DNA of 51,478 nt from positions 1-51,478 of the forward strand of contig JAIRNQ010000352.1 in the NCBI GenBank assembly GCA_031257955.1. The letters run 5' to 3'. Source of the DNA: Deltaproteobacteria bacterium (GTDB taxonomy: Bacteria; Desulfobacterota; Desulfarculia; Adiutricales; Adiutricaceae). Below, one piece after another: positions 1-9,788 of this stretch; positions within the stretch are counted from its first letter, which is position 1, and every line of letters begins with the position of its first letter. Position numbers and translations under genes: made by a program. The notes beneath the pieces are model-generated. The model saw only the letters and a list, made by a program, of their open reading frames with translations, ran no database searches and was not told the origin of the DNA.

Positions 1-104
1 CGAATCGAGGTCAAGCCTTTGGCCGCCTTCGGCGATGGGCCCGGGGGGCTGGGCGATTGCCTTCGGCCGCGGCGGAAGGAAAGCTGGGGAAAGGGGGAAT
101 AACC

Positions 105-866
105 ATGGCCGACGGCGAAGGGAGAGTGGTCTTGGCTCAAAGGCCGGCCAAGGTTATCGTGCGGGAAGGGGAGAGGGTCCTGAAGATCTTCGACCAGAAC
201 TATTCCGTGGCCGACGTTTTAAACGAGGCTTTGAACCAGGCCCGGGTCATGGAGTCGGGACTAAGGATTCCCGAACTCCTGGAGGTCAGAAAGACCCCCG
301 AGGGCAAGTGGGTCATAGTCATGGCTTTCGCCGAGGGCGGGACCCTGGCCGAGGCCATGGGGGAAAACCCGGGCCGGTTCGGGGAGCTGATGGACCGATT
401 CGTGGACATCCAACTGGACATGAACCGAAGAACGGTCAGGCTCCTAAACTCCATGCGCGAAAAGATGATCAGGCAGATCGACGAGGCCCCGCTGGACCCG
501 GCCACGCGCTATGATTTGCATACCCGGGTGGAGTCCATGCCCCGGCGGGCCCGGCTCTGCCACGGAGACTTTAACCCCACCAACGTCATATTGGGCCAGG
601 ACGGCGGGGCCACCATCGTCGACTGGTCCCACGCCACCCAGGGAGACCCCGGGGCCGACGCCGCACGAACGTATTTGCTCTTTAAGCTTTTGGGCCAGGA
701 AGCCGAGGCCGAGCTCTATCTTCTGACTTTCTGCGCCAAAAGCCTTATCCCGCGGGCCGAAGTCCAGAAGTGGCTACCCATAGTGGCCGCCTGCCAGACC
801 CTCAAGGGCGACGCGGCCGAGAGGGAGTTTTTAATGAAATGGGTAAACGTGTTTGATTTTGAGTGA
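105..866 (+). CDS. phosphotransferase family protein (APH / choline-kinase fold)
   Basis: ORF 57..866. Catalytic-loop motif HGDFNPTNVIL, then DWSHATQGDP. The ATG at 105 preceded by GGGGGA is the more likely start; 57 is the longest-ORF alternative. Confidence 0.7.
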   Translation: MADGEGRVVLAQRPAKVIVREGERVLKIFDQNYSVADVLNEALNQARVMESGLRIPELLEVRKTPEGKWVIVMAFAEGGTLAEAMGENPGRFGELMDRFVDIQLDMNRRTVRLLNSMREKMIRQIDEAPLDPATRYDLHTRVESMPRRARLCHGDFNPTNVILGQDGGATIVDWSHATQGDPGADAARTYLLFKLLGQEAEAELYLLTFCAKSLIPRAEVQKWLPIVAACQTLKGDAAEREFLMKWVNVFDFE

Positions 867-912
867 GGGATAAAGCAAAAGGCCGGTCGCGTTTGGGCGG
901 GCCAAAAAACCT

Positions 913-944
913 AAAAGGCCGACCCCGATGGGGGCCGGCCTTTT
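913..944. terminator. bidirectional hairpin terminator between convergent genes
   Basis: AAAAGGCCGaCCCCgatGGGGgCCGGCCTTTT: GC stem flanked by an A-run and a T-run, between the stop at 866 (+) and the nuoN stop at 981 (-). Confidence 0.5.
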
Positions 945-980
945 GAGTTGGGAAGCCGCGGGGCCAGCGGGAAAAGTGTT

Positions 981-2453
981 TTAGTTAATTACCACGTAAA
1001 GGGAGCGGCAGGCCCGGAGGACCACGGACCAGACCGGGCCGGGGACGACGCCCAGGATCAGGACCATGAGGCCCATCAGGAGGGCCCCCAGGCTGGAGGC
1101 CCAGCCGCGGTCGAGGGTCAGGGTCTGGGCGCCCCCGAAGGGGATGTCTTCCTCGGCGTAGGCGTGGCGGACCAGCGAGAGGTAGTAGAAGATGGCTATG
1201 GCCGTGTTGACGCAGACGACTATGACCAGCCAATCGTAGCCGTGGCCCCAGGCCGAGGTGATTAGCCAGAGCTTACCGATGAAGCCGACCGTCGGCGGCA
1301 GCCCGACCAGCGAAAAGGCGGCCACCAGCAGGGCCAAGGCCAGAAGGGGCGATCGGGCAGAGAGGCCGTTAAGATCCTGGTAGGTGAGGTTGCGGCCGTC
1401 GGCGGAGATCCGGCAGATGACCCAGAAGCACAGAAGGTTCATCAGCACGTAGGCCATGGCGTAGAAGGCCGAGGCGGCCAAGCCCTCGGGGGTACCGGAG
1501 ACCAGGCCGACCAGTATGTAACCGGCGTGGGCGACCGACGAGAAGCCAAGCATGCGCTTAAGATCCTTCTGGGCCAAGGCGCAAAGATTACCGTAGGTAA
1601 TGGAGGCCGCGGCCAGGACGGCCAGGATGTCGGTCAGCTCCAAGCCCGGGGTGAGAAGGGCGGCCAAGCGGATGAGGATGACTATGGCCCCCAGCTTGGG
1701 GAGGGTGGCCACGTAGGCCGCGGTTTCGTTGCCGGCGCCTTGGTAGACGTCCGGGAACCAGAAGTGGAAGGGGAAGAGGGCCAGCTTAAAGAACATGCCG
1801 CCCAGGAAGAGCGAGAGCCCCACCACGGCCAGCGGGTTTCCGGCCACCGTCCAGTCCATTGGGCTAAGGTCGGTTATGAAGGTCGTGTGTTGGGTGGCGA
1901 TGACCAAGCTCAGGCCGTAGAGGGCCAGGGCCGTGGCCGCGGCCCCGAAGAGGATGTATTTTAGGGCGGCCTCGGCAGCCTCTTTCGAGTGCGAGCGCTT
2001 GGGGATTAAGACGTAAAGCGAATAGGAGGCCAGTTCCATGGCCAAGTATACGGCCACCAGCTCGGCGGCCGAAGACAGAAGCGACAAGCCGAAGGCCGAA
2101 AGGGTCAGGAAGAGGTAATAGTCGGGCTTTTGCGCCTCCCGAACCGTGGTGGCCTTAAGCGAGTTGACCCAGGCCACCAAGTAGCCAAGGGAGATCAGGA
2201 TTTTAAAAAACTGGCTTAGGATGTCCACCCGATAAGCCCCGAAAAACATGATCTTGTCGTCCAGGATCAAGTAGGGGATGGTCACGAAGGCGCAAATGGC
2301 CGCGGCCAGAGCGCCAACCGGACAGAGCTTCACCAGAAAGCCGGCCAGGGTTTGGCTTTTGGTCATGGCCGCCCCAAAAAGGGCCAATACCAAGGCCAAG
2401 AGGAAGATCTCGGGCACCAGATAGCAAAAGTTTAAGTTCAAAGAGTCCATCAC
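981..2453 (-). CDS. nuoN: NADH-quinone oxidoreductase subunit N (antiporter-like)
   Basis: 490-aa polytopic membrane ORF, last gene of the nuo operon. Its start overlaps the nuoM stop (ATGA). NuoN-type LAMELASYSLYVL and KLALFPFHFWFPDVYQGA motifs. Confidence 0.85.
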   Translation of the reverse strand: MMDSLNLNFCYLVPEIFLLALVLALFGAAMTKSQTLAGFLVKLCPVGALAAAICAFVTIPYLILDDKIMFFGAYRVDILSQFFKILISLGYLVAWVNSLKATTVREAQKPDYYLFLTLSAFGLSLLSSAAELVAVYLAMELASYSLYVLIPKRSHSKEAAEAALKYILFGAAATALALYGLSLVIATQHTTFITDLSPMDWTVAGNPLAVVGLSLFLGGMFFKLALFPFHFWFPDVYQGAGNETAAYVATLPKLGAIVILIRLAALLTPGLELTDILAVLAAASITYGNLCALAQKDLKRMLGFSSVAHAGYILVGLVSGTPEGLAASAFYAMAYVLMNLLCFWVICRISADGRNLTYQDLNGLSARSPLLALALLVAAFSLVGLPPTVGFIGKLWLITSAWGHGYDWLVIVVCVNTAIAIFYYLSLVRHAYAEEDIPFGGAQTLTLDRGWASSLGALLMGLMVLILGVVPGPVWSVVLRACRSLYVVIN

Positions 2454-4090
2454 TTGGCCTCCTGGGCGGGCGCCTGGGATTGGGGCTCCGGAGAAGTCGG
2501 CGGAACTGTCGCCCGATCGGGCTCGGCCGGATCGGGTGGCAGGTCGCGCTCGTAAAAGAGACCCTGGGGCCGGCCGGCGGGCGAGGTGACGTAGATGACG
2601 TTAACGTCTTCCCGCTTGGCCTTAAACTGGGCCAAGGTGTCGTCCACGCTGGGTCCGATGAGTCCCAGTAGCCCGGTCGGGGCTAGGCCCAGGTAGATAA
2701 CCAGGGCGGCCGGGACGACCAGGTAGGCCCATTCCTTTTTCTTCAGGTCCTTCCAGTCATGGCCTTTGGGCGAGGGCGGCTCGCCCCAGGCCATCTTCAG
2801 GGTGACCTTGAGAATGTAGGCGGCGGCCAAGAGGGCCCCGGGGATGACCAAGAGGCCCAAGGTCACGCTTTCCTTGAAGGCGGCCAGGATGACCATGAAC
2901 TCGCCCACGAAGCCGTTGGTGCCCGGAAAGCCAAAGGAAGCCAAGCCAAAGAGGCCCCAGAAGAACATGAAGTGGGGGAGGTATTTGCCCAGGCCCAGGT
3001 TTTTGGCGATCTCCCGGCTGTGGCTGCGCTCGTAGACGGCCCCGATCATCATGAAGAGGGCCCCGGTGATTATGCCGTGGTTAAGCATCTGGAAGATGGC
3101 CCCGTTAACCCCGTCCGGGCTAAAGAGGAAAATTCCCAATGTGACAAAACCCATATGGGCCACGGAAGAGTAGGCGATTAGTTTTTTTATGTCGTTCTGT
3201 CCCAGGGCCACGGCCCCGCCGTAGAGGATGGAAGCCACCGATATGGCGATCATCATGGGGGCGAAATGTACCGAGGCCAAGGGGCACAGCGGGAGCGAGA
3301 AGCGCAGGAAGCCGTAGGTGCCCATCTTTAGGAGGACCGCCGCCAGGATGACCGATCCGGCCGAAGGGGCCTGGACGTGGGCGGCCGGGAGCCAGGTGTG
3401 AAAGGGGAACATGGGGACCTTGATGGCAAAGGCGATAAAGAAGGCCAGGAAGATCCAGTATTGAAAGTTATAGGAGAAGCCCTTTTGCATGAGCTCGGGG
3501 ATATAGAAGGTTCCTCCGGTAATCCGGAGGGCCACGATGGCCACGAGGAGGAGGGTACTTCCGGCCAAAGTGTAAAGGAAAAACTTAATGGAGGCGTAGC
3601 GTTTCTGGTCCCCGCCCCAGATGGCGATCATCAGATACATGGGAATCAACAGGGCTTCCCAGAAGACGTAGAACAAAACCAGATCCAAGGCCGAGAAGAC
3701 CCCCACGCAGGCCGTGGTCATGATCAGGAGGCAAACGTGGAATTCCTTTACCCGCCGCCCGATGTAGGTCCAGGAACACAGAACGCAAAAGGGCAGCGTT
3801 AAGATCGACAGCCAAATCATCAAAATGCTTATGCCGTCCACGCCCATGGCGTAGGTCAGGCCCCAGTCCTCGGACCAGGGGACGGTCTCCAGAAACTGGA
3901 AGCCGGACTGGGCCTTAAAACAGGCCAGGGGTATGGCCAAGACCAGTTCCAGCAGGGAAGCGACCAATGTCACCTGCCTGACCCGGATCTCGCTTTTGAT
4001 GGGGGCCAAAGCCAGGGCCGCCAACAGCGGGAAGAAGGTCAGGACGGTAAGTACCGGGTAGTAGCTAGTTTGATCCATTAGGGTATCCAT
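2450..4090 (-). CDS. nuoM: NADH-quinone oxidoreductase subunit M (antiporter-like), with a Pro/Glu-rich C-terminal tail
   Basis: 546-aa ORF. Motifs LVLFYVFWEALLIPMYLMIAIWGG and FPFHTWLPAAHVQAPSAGSVILAAVLLKMG are typical of NuoM. The last ~60 aa are low complexity. Confidence 0.85.
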   Translation of the reverse strand: MDTLMDQTSYYPVLTVLTFFPLLAALALAPIKSEIRVRQVTLVASLLELVLAIPLACFKAQSGFQFLETVPWSEDWGLTYAMGVDGISILMIWLSILTLPFCVLCSWTYIGRRVKEFHVCLLIMTTACVGVFSALDLVLFYVFWEALLIPMYLMIAIWGGDQKRYASIKFFLYTLAGSTLLLVAIVALRITGGTFYIPELMQKGFSYNFQYWIFLAFFIAFAIKVPMFPFHTWLPAAHVQAPSAGSVILAAVLLKMGTYGFLRFSLPLCPLASVHFAPMMIAISVASILYGGAVALGQNDIKKLIAYSSVAHMGFVTLGIFLFSPDGVNGAIFQMLNHGIITGALFMMIGAVYERSHSREIAKNLGLGKYLPHFMFFWGLFGLASFGFPGTNGFVGEFMVILAAFKESVTLGLLVIPGALLAAAYILKVTLKMAWGEPPSPKGHDWKDLKKKEWAYLVVPAALVIYLGLAPTGLLGLIGPSVDDTLAQFKAKREDVNVIYVTSPAGRPQGLFYERDLPPDPAEPDRATVPPTSPEPQSQAPAQEAK

Positions 4091-4234
4091 CGGTAGGGTA
4101 TCAATCGGGCCACCAAAATTGGCCTCCCTGGAGGCGGTTTTTGGTGGCCACTAAAACGGGTCGGTTGGCCCGGTCGGTCTTTTGGCCGGCCATAAGCCTA
4201 CGGCCCTGGGCCGTAGGCCCAAGGCTGGTAAGGT

Positions 4235-6022
4235 TTAGAGGCCGTACCAGAAAAAGGCGAATATAAGTAAGCCCAAGACGACCATGAGGCCAAGGTAGTG
4301 CTGGAGGCGGCCGTTTTGGGCCAGGGCCCCGATGGTCCCCAGGCCCTTGACCCCCAGGGCCGAGCCGTCGACCACGCCGTCGATGGCCTTGCGGTCAAAC
4401 CAGGAGGTGAGCCAGCCCAAAGCCTTGAGGACCCGTAGGCCGATTTTGTCCCAGACCACGGTCCAGACGTCGTCGATGGCGGCGATGGGGCGACAGACTA
4501 CGAAGAGGACGGCCCGCCCGATCAGGCGGTAGAACCAGTCGAAGTCCAGGTTCAGGGCCTTGTGGGGCTCGATGACCTTTCTCATGACGTAGAAGGCCAA
4601 GCCCGAGAAACCCAAGAGCATGGAAGCTTGGATGACGTTCCAGGCCGTCCAGGGGACGAATTCATGTACCGCTTCCTGGTAAGGGAGGTAGCGGTAAAGG
4701 ATTTGCGGGAAGAGGCCCTGGGCAAGGCAGAGGATGGCCAGGAAAGCCATGCCCACGTACATGTTGGCCGGTATGGGCTTAAGCTCTCGCTTGGGATCCG
4801 GGGCCTTGCCGCCCCAAAAGGCGAAATAGGGGAGCTTAAGCCCCACCGAGATGAACGTGCCCACGGCGGCCAACTCCAAGCCCAAGGCCACGAAGGTCCG
4901 GTGGGCCTCGGCCGCCCCGGCGATGGTCATGGTTTTGGAAACGAAGCCGTTAAAGAGGGGCATGCCGGATATGGAGAGGGCGGCCACCATGTAAAAGACC
5001 ATAACCCAGGGGAGGCGGGAGGCCAGGCCCCCCAGCTCGTCCAGTTTTTGGGTACCGGCGGCGTAAAGGACGGCCCCGGCCCCCATGAACAAAAGCCCCT
5101 TGTAGAGTATGTGGGCGTAGGCGTGGGCGCTGGCCCCGTTGAGGGTCACGTAGGTGCCCACCCCAATCCCGGCCACCATGTAGCCAACCTGGCTGACGAT
5201 ATGGTAGGAGAGGATGCGGCGGGCGTTGTTTTCCATGGAGGCGTAGACCACCCCGTAGATGGCCATGATCGTCCCGGCGATGGCCAGAATCTCCCAGCCC
5301 GGAAAGGCCCGAGCCAAAACGTAGACGGCCGTTTTGGTGGTGTAGGCGCACATGAAGACCGAGCCGGTGACCGTCCCCCGGGGGTAGGCATCGGGAAGCC
5401 AAGCGTGAAGAGGAACCACGGCGGCGTTCACGCAAAACCCTGACAGGATAAGCCAATCGGCATAGGTGGCCCCGGCCGGATCGATGGGGCCAAAGTCGAA
5501 GGAACCGGTGATTTGGTATCTCAGAAGGAGCCCGGCCAAGAGAAGGAGCCCGCCGGCCACGTGGTAGAGAAAATACCTAAAGGCGGCCAAGACCGACTCC
5601 CTAGTCCGGTTGAGCATGACCAGAAAGGTTGAGCCTATGCTCATCAGTTCCCAAAAAACGAAGAGGGTCAGATAATCCCCGGCCAAGAGGCAGCCGAAGC
5701 CCCCGGTCACGTATAGGAGGGCGGCCATGTGTTGGGCTTTGTCGTTTACGTGCAGGGAGTATATTATGCCGGCCAGGCTCATGACGGCGAAGACTTGGCA
5801 GAAGATCCTCGAGAGCGGGTCCACGTGGCCCAGCTTTAGGCTAAGCCCCAACCAGCCAATGGTCAGGTGATCGCCAAAGGCGTTGCCGAAGGCCCCGTAA
5901 ATGGCGGCGATGGGGGGCAGCAACAACAGCCACTTCCACCGGCGGTTGCCCGGGAGAAAGGGCAGGGCCACGGCCATCATCAGGAAGGCCAGGGCCGGAT
6001 GGTAAAAACTAGAGGTCGCCAT
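4235..6022 (-). CDS. nuoL: NuoL-type antiporter-like subunit carrying the C-terminal lateral-helix module
   Basis: 595-aa ORF with an MrpD/NuoL-family core (FVFWELMSIGS, HAWLPDAYP). The C-terminus FDRKAIDGVVDGSALGVKGLG...NGRLQHYLGLMVVLGLL resembles the NuoL/Nqo12 amphipathic helix HL plus last TM. Confidence 0.7.
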   Translation of the reverse strand: MATSSFYHPALAFLMMAVALPFLPGNRRWKWLLLLPPIAAIYGAFGNAFGDHLTIGWLGLSLKLGHVDPLSRIFCQVFAVMSLAGIIYSLHVNDKAQHMAALLYVTGGFGCLLAGDYLTLFVFWELMSIGSTFLVMLNRTRESVLAAFRYFLYHVAGGLLLLAGLLLRYQITGSFDFGPIDPAGATYADWLILSGFCVNAAVVPLHAWLPDAYPRGTVTGSVFMCAYTTKTAVYVLARAFPGWEILAIAGTIMAIYGVVYASMENNARRILSYHIVSQVGYMVAGIGVGTYVTLNGASAHAYAHILYKGLLFMGAGAVLYAAGTQKLDELGGLASRLPWVMVFYMVAALSISGMPLFNGFVSKTMTIAGAAEAHRTFVALGLELAAVGTFISVGLKLPYFAFWGGKAPDPKRELKPIPANMYVGMAFLAILCLAQGLFPQILYRYLPYQEAVHEFVPWTAWNVIQASMLLGFSGLAFYVMRKVIEPHKALNLDFDWFYRLIGRAVLFVVCRPIAAIDDVWTVVWDKIGLRVLKALGWLTSWFDRKAIDGVVDGSALGVKGLGTIGALAQNGRLQHYLGLMVVLGLLIFAFFWYGL

Positions 6023-6311
6023 AGTGGTCCTCGGGCCTTTTTATGAGGGGTTGGATGATTTTTTTGACGACGAAGATCAGGACCAGCCCCACTCCCAGGC
6101 CAAAAATGGGCCAGAAGAAAGGGTAGGCGTCAAAGCCGAAGTGGGGATGGTGGTTGGGAATGACCACACCCAGGACGGCAATGACGGCCAGTATGGCCAG
6201 AAAAGCGTTCCGCCAGGCTTTGGCCCGGCCGGGGGCCAGTTGGTCGGCCAGGAATCGGCCCAGAAAGCCTTGTGGTTCATCGTTGGGCATGTCGCGCACC
6301 CCGTTTGGCAA
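6009..6311 (-). CDS. small two-helix membrane protein of unknown function inside the nuo operon
   Basis: 100-aa ORF with two hydrophobic segments (AFLAILAVIAVLGVVI, FWPIFGLGVGLVLIFVV). Its 3' end overlaps the nuoL start by 14 nt, which suggests translational coupling. Confidence 0.5.
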   Translation of the reverse strand: MPNGVRDMPNDEPQGFLGRFLADQLAPGRAKAWRNAFLAILAVIAVLGVVIPNHHPHFGFDAYPFFWPIFGLGVGLVLIFVVKKIIQPLIKRPEDHYGDL

Positions 6312-6332
6312 AAACTAAATGGCAGGCCGGTT

Positions 6333-6377
6333 CGTTGTCCCGGCCAGAGGGCTTGGCCTGGCCGTTGTCCCGGCCAG
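6333..6377. repeat. direct repeat in a nuo intercistronic spacer
   Basis: CGTTGTCCCGGCCAG occurs at 6333..6347 and 6363..6377 (period 30). Confidence 0.8.
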
Positions 6378-6445
6378 TTAGCCCGAAGGCGCCGAAGGTA
6401 ACGGGAGAGGCGGACCCTAGCCCGCCGCGCCCGCAACCGGGGGCC

Positions 6446-7939
6446 TTAGTTGAAGTTCCCGAAGGACTTTATGAAGTTTAGGAATAGCTCGGGAAAGAGG
6501 CCCAGGGCCACGGAGACGACGCTGGTGAAGACCAGCGGCACCACCATGGTCAGTGGGGCTTCCTTGCATTCCTCGATATGGGCGCTGGGTTCCGGGGCCA
6601 GGAAAAAGGCCCGGTAGAATATGGGCACGAAGTAGCCGGCGTTTAGGAGAGTCGAACACAAAAGGGCCACCAGCAGGACCAATTGGCTTTGGTCCAGGGC
6701 CCCGTTTACCAAATACCACTTGGAGACGAAGCCGCAGACCGGGGGCATGCCTATCATCGACAGACTGGCCAAGCCAAAGGCCCCGAAGGTCCAGGGCATC
6801 TTCCGGCCCAAGCCGTTCATCATTTTTATGGACTTTAGGTGGCTGGCCACGTAGATGGCCCCGGCCCCGAAAAACAAGGTGATCTTGGAAAAGGCGTGGT
6901 GGCCTATGTGCATCAGGCCCCCCTGGACGGCCATGGGGGCGGCCAAAGCCACGCCGATGACCACGTAAGAGAGCTGGCTCACGGTCGAATAGGCCAGCCG
7001 GGCCTTTATGTCGTCCTTGGTCAGGGCGATAAGCGAGGCGGCCACAATGGTAAAGCCGGCCACGTAAGCCGTCGGGAGGGAGAGACCCAAGGAAACCATG
7101 GCGTCGGTCCCGAAGCCCGAAAGAATTATCCGGCTGACCGAGAAGACTCCGGCCTTAACCACGGCCACGGCGTGGAGAAGGGCCGACACCGGGGTGGGGG
7201 CGACCATGGCCGAGGGCAGCCAGTTGTGAAAGGGCATCAGGGCCGCCTTGGCCAAGCCGGCTATGAACAAAACGTAGGCCAGCCGGACCAAATTGGGATG
7301 GGCGGCTATGACCTCGGGCGGGAAGATGCCGTGGCGGATGTCGCCCAACGGGAAGTCCAGCGTTCCGGTCAAGGCATAAGTTAAAATCATGGCCGGGAGT
7401 AAAAACAACTTTGAGGTTCCCATCAGGTAGACCAAGTATTTTTTGGCCCCGTAGAAACCTTCCTCGTCCTGGTGGTGGGCCACCAGCGGGTAAGTGAAGA
7501 TGGAGATTATTTCGTAAAACAGGTACAGCGTAAAGACGTTGGCGGCCAGGGCCACGCCCACGGCCCCGAAGATGGCGATGGCGAAGCAGAAGTAGTAACG
7601 GGTCTGGGCGTGTTCCTTAAGGCTCCTCATGTAGCCTATGTTGTAGCTGGTGGCGAATACCCACAGAAAGGGGGCGACGAAAGCGAAGATGATCCCCAAG
7701 CCGTCCACGGCGAAGGTGACCGAAAGCCCCGGCAGGATCCTGAAGAGCTCGTAGCGGTGGATGTGCCCGTGTAAAACGGCCGGGGCAAAGCTTATGACAA
7801 GCAAGGCCGTTATGGCCCCGGCAAAGATCGAGACACCTTCCCTCAAGTTTTGGTTCTTGCCGGCCAACAGAATTCCGAAGGGGGCCAGAAGGGTAACCAA
7901 AAGCGGCCAAAGCACGTTTACGCTATCGATGGGGGTCAT
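6446..7939 (-). CDS. additional MrpD/NuoM-type antiporter-like subunit (fourth antiporter module of the operon)
   Basis: 497-aa polytopic ORF between nuoK and the small protein/nuoL. Motifs FTLYLFYEIISIFTYPLV and MPFHNWLPSAMVAPTPVSALLHAVAVVKAG are typical of proton-conducting membrane transporter family proteins. Confidence 0.75.
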   Translation of the reverse strand: MTPIDSVNVLWPLLVTLLAPFGILLAGKNQNLREGVSIFAGAITALLVISFAPAVLHGHIHRYELFRILPGLSVTFAVDGLGIIFAFVAPFLWVFATSYNIGYMRSLKEHAQTRYYFCFAIAIFGAVGVALAANVFTLYLFYEIISIFTYPLVAHHQDEEGFYGAKKYLVYLMGTSKLFLLPAMILTYALTGTLDFPLGDIRHGIFPPEVIAAHPNLVRLAYVLFIAGLAKAALMPFHNWLPSAMVAPTPVSALLHAVAVVKAGVFSVSRIILSGFGTDAMVSLGLSLPTAYVAGFTIVAASLIALTKDDIKARLAYSTVSQLSYVVIGVALAAPMAVQGGLMHIGHHAFSKITLFFGAGAIYVASHLKSIKMMNGLGRKMPWTFGAFGLASLSMIGMPPVCGFVSKWYLVNGALDQSQLVLLVALLCSTLLNAGYFVPIFYRAFFLAPEPSAHIEECKEAPLTMVVPLVFTSVVSVALGLFPELFLNFIKSFGNFN

Positions 7940-8055
7940 AACATCTTCCGCGAAAATCCCCGGCCCCTAGGCCGGGAGTAGGATCCCTAAAATTGTGGGT
8001 AAGGCTTAAAAACCTTTAACTGGCCCAATCCGCGGCCCTTGGCCGCCGGCCAGGG

Positions 8056-8385
8056 TTAATGGCCGCCGGCCGAATCGTTGGCCCGGATGGACGAGACCTC
8101 GTCCAGGGTGACTTTACCGAAGCGGCGCTGGACTACCAGTATCATGGCCAGTACCAAAGTGGCCTCGGCGGCGGCCAGGCCCATGACGAAAAGGGCGGCC
8201 AGCTGGCCGTGGACCTCGGAGGCCGGGGTACACTTGGCGGCGGCCACGATGGCCAGCCCGGCCCCGTTAAGCATAAGCTCGACGCTGATTAGCATGCCCA
8301 CCAGGGTCCGCCTGGTGATTAACCCGGCCAGGCCAATGGAAAGTAAGAGGAGCGAGGCCAACAGAAACAGGGTCAGGGTGGTCAT
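8056..8385 (-). CDS. nuoK: NADH-quinone oxidoreductase subunit K
   Basis: 109-aa three-helix ORF with a conserved-looking SVELMLNGAGL motif. Its start overlaps the nuoJ stop. Confidence 0.85.
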   Translation of the reverse strand: MTTLTLFLLASLLLLSIGLAGLITRRTLVGMLISVELMLNGAGLAIVAAAKCTPASEVHGQLAALFVMGLAAAEATLVLAMILVVQRRFGKVTLDEVSSIRANDSAGGH

Positions 8386-9047
8386 TTTTGGGCCCCCCCT
8401 TTGGTGGAAAGGCTAGGCGCCGATCCGGTCTTTGGCTGGGGCGGATCCTCCGGGGTCGGCCGGCGGCGCCAGGCCAAAAACACGGCCCCGGCCATGGCCA
8501 CCAGAAGGATTATGGAGATAAGCTCAAAAGAAAAGACGTCCTGGGTGATGAGCCCCTCGCCCAAAAGCCTGGTCTCGGTTTGCCCGTAGCTTTGGAGGGT
8601 CAGCTTGGGCACGTTTTTGACGATCAGCGGCCCCAGAACGGCCAGGGGCAGCAAGAAGGCCAAAAGCCCGTAGAGGGCCGAACCAATTCCCGGCAGCTTA
8701 GATTCCTCGCCCTCGTTGGTGTTGCGGGTCAGCATGATGGCAAAGAAGATCAAAACGCAGACCGCTCCCACGTAAATCAAGACCTGCATGAAGGCCAGAA
8801 AGGGGCTGGCCAGAAGGAGGTACAGCCCGGCCACGCCCAGAAAAGTCAAAACCAGCCCGATCATGGCCCGGATCAGGTTTCTGGAGCCTATGGCCATAAA
8901 GCCCCCGGCCAGTATGATCAAAACGTACACCCCGTAGGCGATGAGCGCCGCCACCTCCTGGCCCGGCAGCCACTCGGCTATCAGTTCCTCCAGGGCGTTA
9001 AAGGGCGACCAGATGAGGGCCAAGATCTTTTCTATTGCCTGGTCCAT
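8382..9047 (-). CDS. nuoJ: NADH-quinone oxidoreductase subunit J
   Basis: 221-aa membrane ORF with FMQVLIYVGAVCVLIFFAIML (NuoJ-type TM3). It has an N-terminal ~30-aa extension and a Pro-rich C-terminal tail. Confidence 0.8.
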   Translation of the reverse strand: MDQAIEKILALIWSPFNALEELIAEWLPGQEVAALIAYGVYVLIILAGGFMAIGSRNLIRAMIGLVLTFLGVAGLYLLLASPFLAFMQVLIYVGAVCVLIFFAIMLTRNTNEGEESKLPGIGSALYGLLAFLLPLAVLGPLIVKNVPKLTLQSYGQTETRLLGEGLITQDVFSFELISIILLVAMAGAVFLAWRRRPTPEDPPQPKTGSAPSLSTKGGAQK

Positions 9048-9155
9048 GCCTAAACCTCAAATCCTTTGGATACGGACATTATTCGGCGAAAGGTAACGAA
9101 AAAATATATTTTTCTTGGCGGGAGCCTTGGCTCTCATGACGCTGTCCCATGGGAG

Positions 9156-9788
9156 TCAATCAAGGTTTGACAGGAGATTAAAGCCCCCGAAGATTTTTTC
9201 CTCGACGTTATCATTCGTTAAATCGACTAAAGGAAAAGTTAAGCCTCTTATTCTGGTTAAACCCCACCAGTTATCGAAAGAAACTTTTCCCGTAAACTTA
9301 CCTTCATACCTATTGGTACCCTCAATGTTATGGCTCCACTTTATATTTCCCCCAGCCGAGTCCCAAAACGGACGAAAGAAGAACCACCAGTCCGGCTTAG
9401 AGATATTATCAGTCCAGTCATCGCGCAAAATAGCCTCTTCGATGTCAAACCTAGCTATGTTAACGACAGGTTGGTCACTATATCCGGTTATGGCTTCCGT
9501 TGAGTAAAGAGTAAGGATCAAGACATATAACCCACCACTTTTGTATATTTTATTTACAAACGGGTTTGATTTTTTTTGAAAAATAAGACAAAACTCTCGG
9601 TACAGCCAATATTGCGGGTCATAACTTTTTATAGGGGTCCTCAAAAAACCTTTTCCAGCTCCAATTGGAAGCCGTATAAAATCAGCCTTATCCGATTCAA
9701 TCTCAAAAAAATCGAATAATTTTTTGGCGCTATCGTAAGTTTTGGTGATTACCTCAAAAGCCGTGGTGATATTTTTACCCGAATTCAT
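9156..9788 (-). CDS. hypothetical protein, partner (ORF-B) of the nuclease-like gene; no recognisable domain
   Basis: Low-GC ORF. The likely start is the ATG at 9788 (MNSGKNITT...), which lies inside the last codons of the upstream gene (TATTATGAATTCGGGTAA), a 14-nt overlap. Trp/Phe-rich, 210 aa. The longest-ORF start at 9878 is unlikely. Confidence 0.6.
   Translation of the reverse strand: MNSGKNITTAFEVITKTYDSAKKLFDFFEIESDKADFIRLPIGAGKGFLRTPIKSYDPQYWLYREFCLIFQKKSNPFVNKIYKSGGLYVLILTLYSTEAITGYSDQPVVNIARFDIEEAILRDDWTDNISKPDWWFFFRPFWDSAGGNIKWSHNIEGTNRYEGKFTGKVSFDNWWGLTRIRGLTFPLVDLTNDNVEEKIFGGFNLLSNLD

Noticed and set aside
8388-9053. Long ORFs antisense to or out of frame with real genes. Examples: 8388..9053 mirrors nuoJ; also 4562..5443, 1527..1964, 12224..12964, 33366..34202, 34848..35717 and 49376..50101.
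   Set aside because: They are Arg/Gly/Pro/His-rich low-complexity translations, typical of stop-poor alternative frames in GC-rich DNA. Each is fully covered by a gene with clear family motifs on the other strand or frame.
9115-9507. 130-aa ORF on the + strand inside the AT-rich cassette.
   Set aside because: It is antisense to ORF-B, has no RBS and is compositionally odd. The minus-strand pair with coupled stop/start is the coherent reading.
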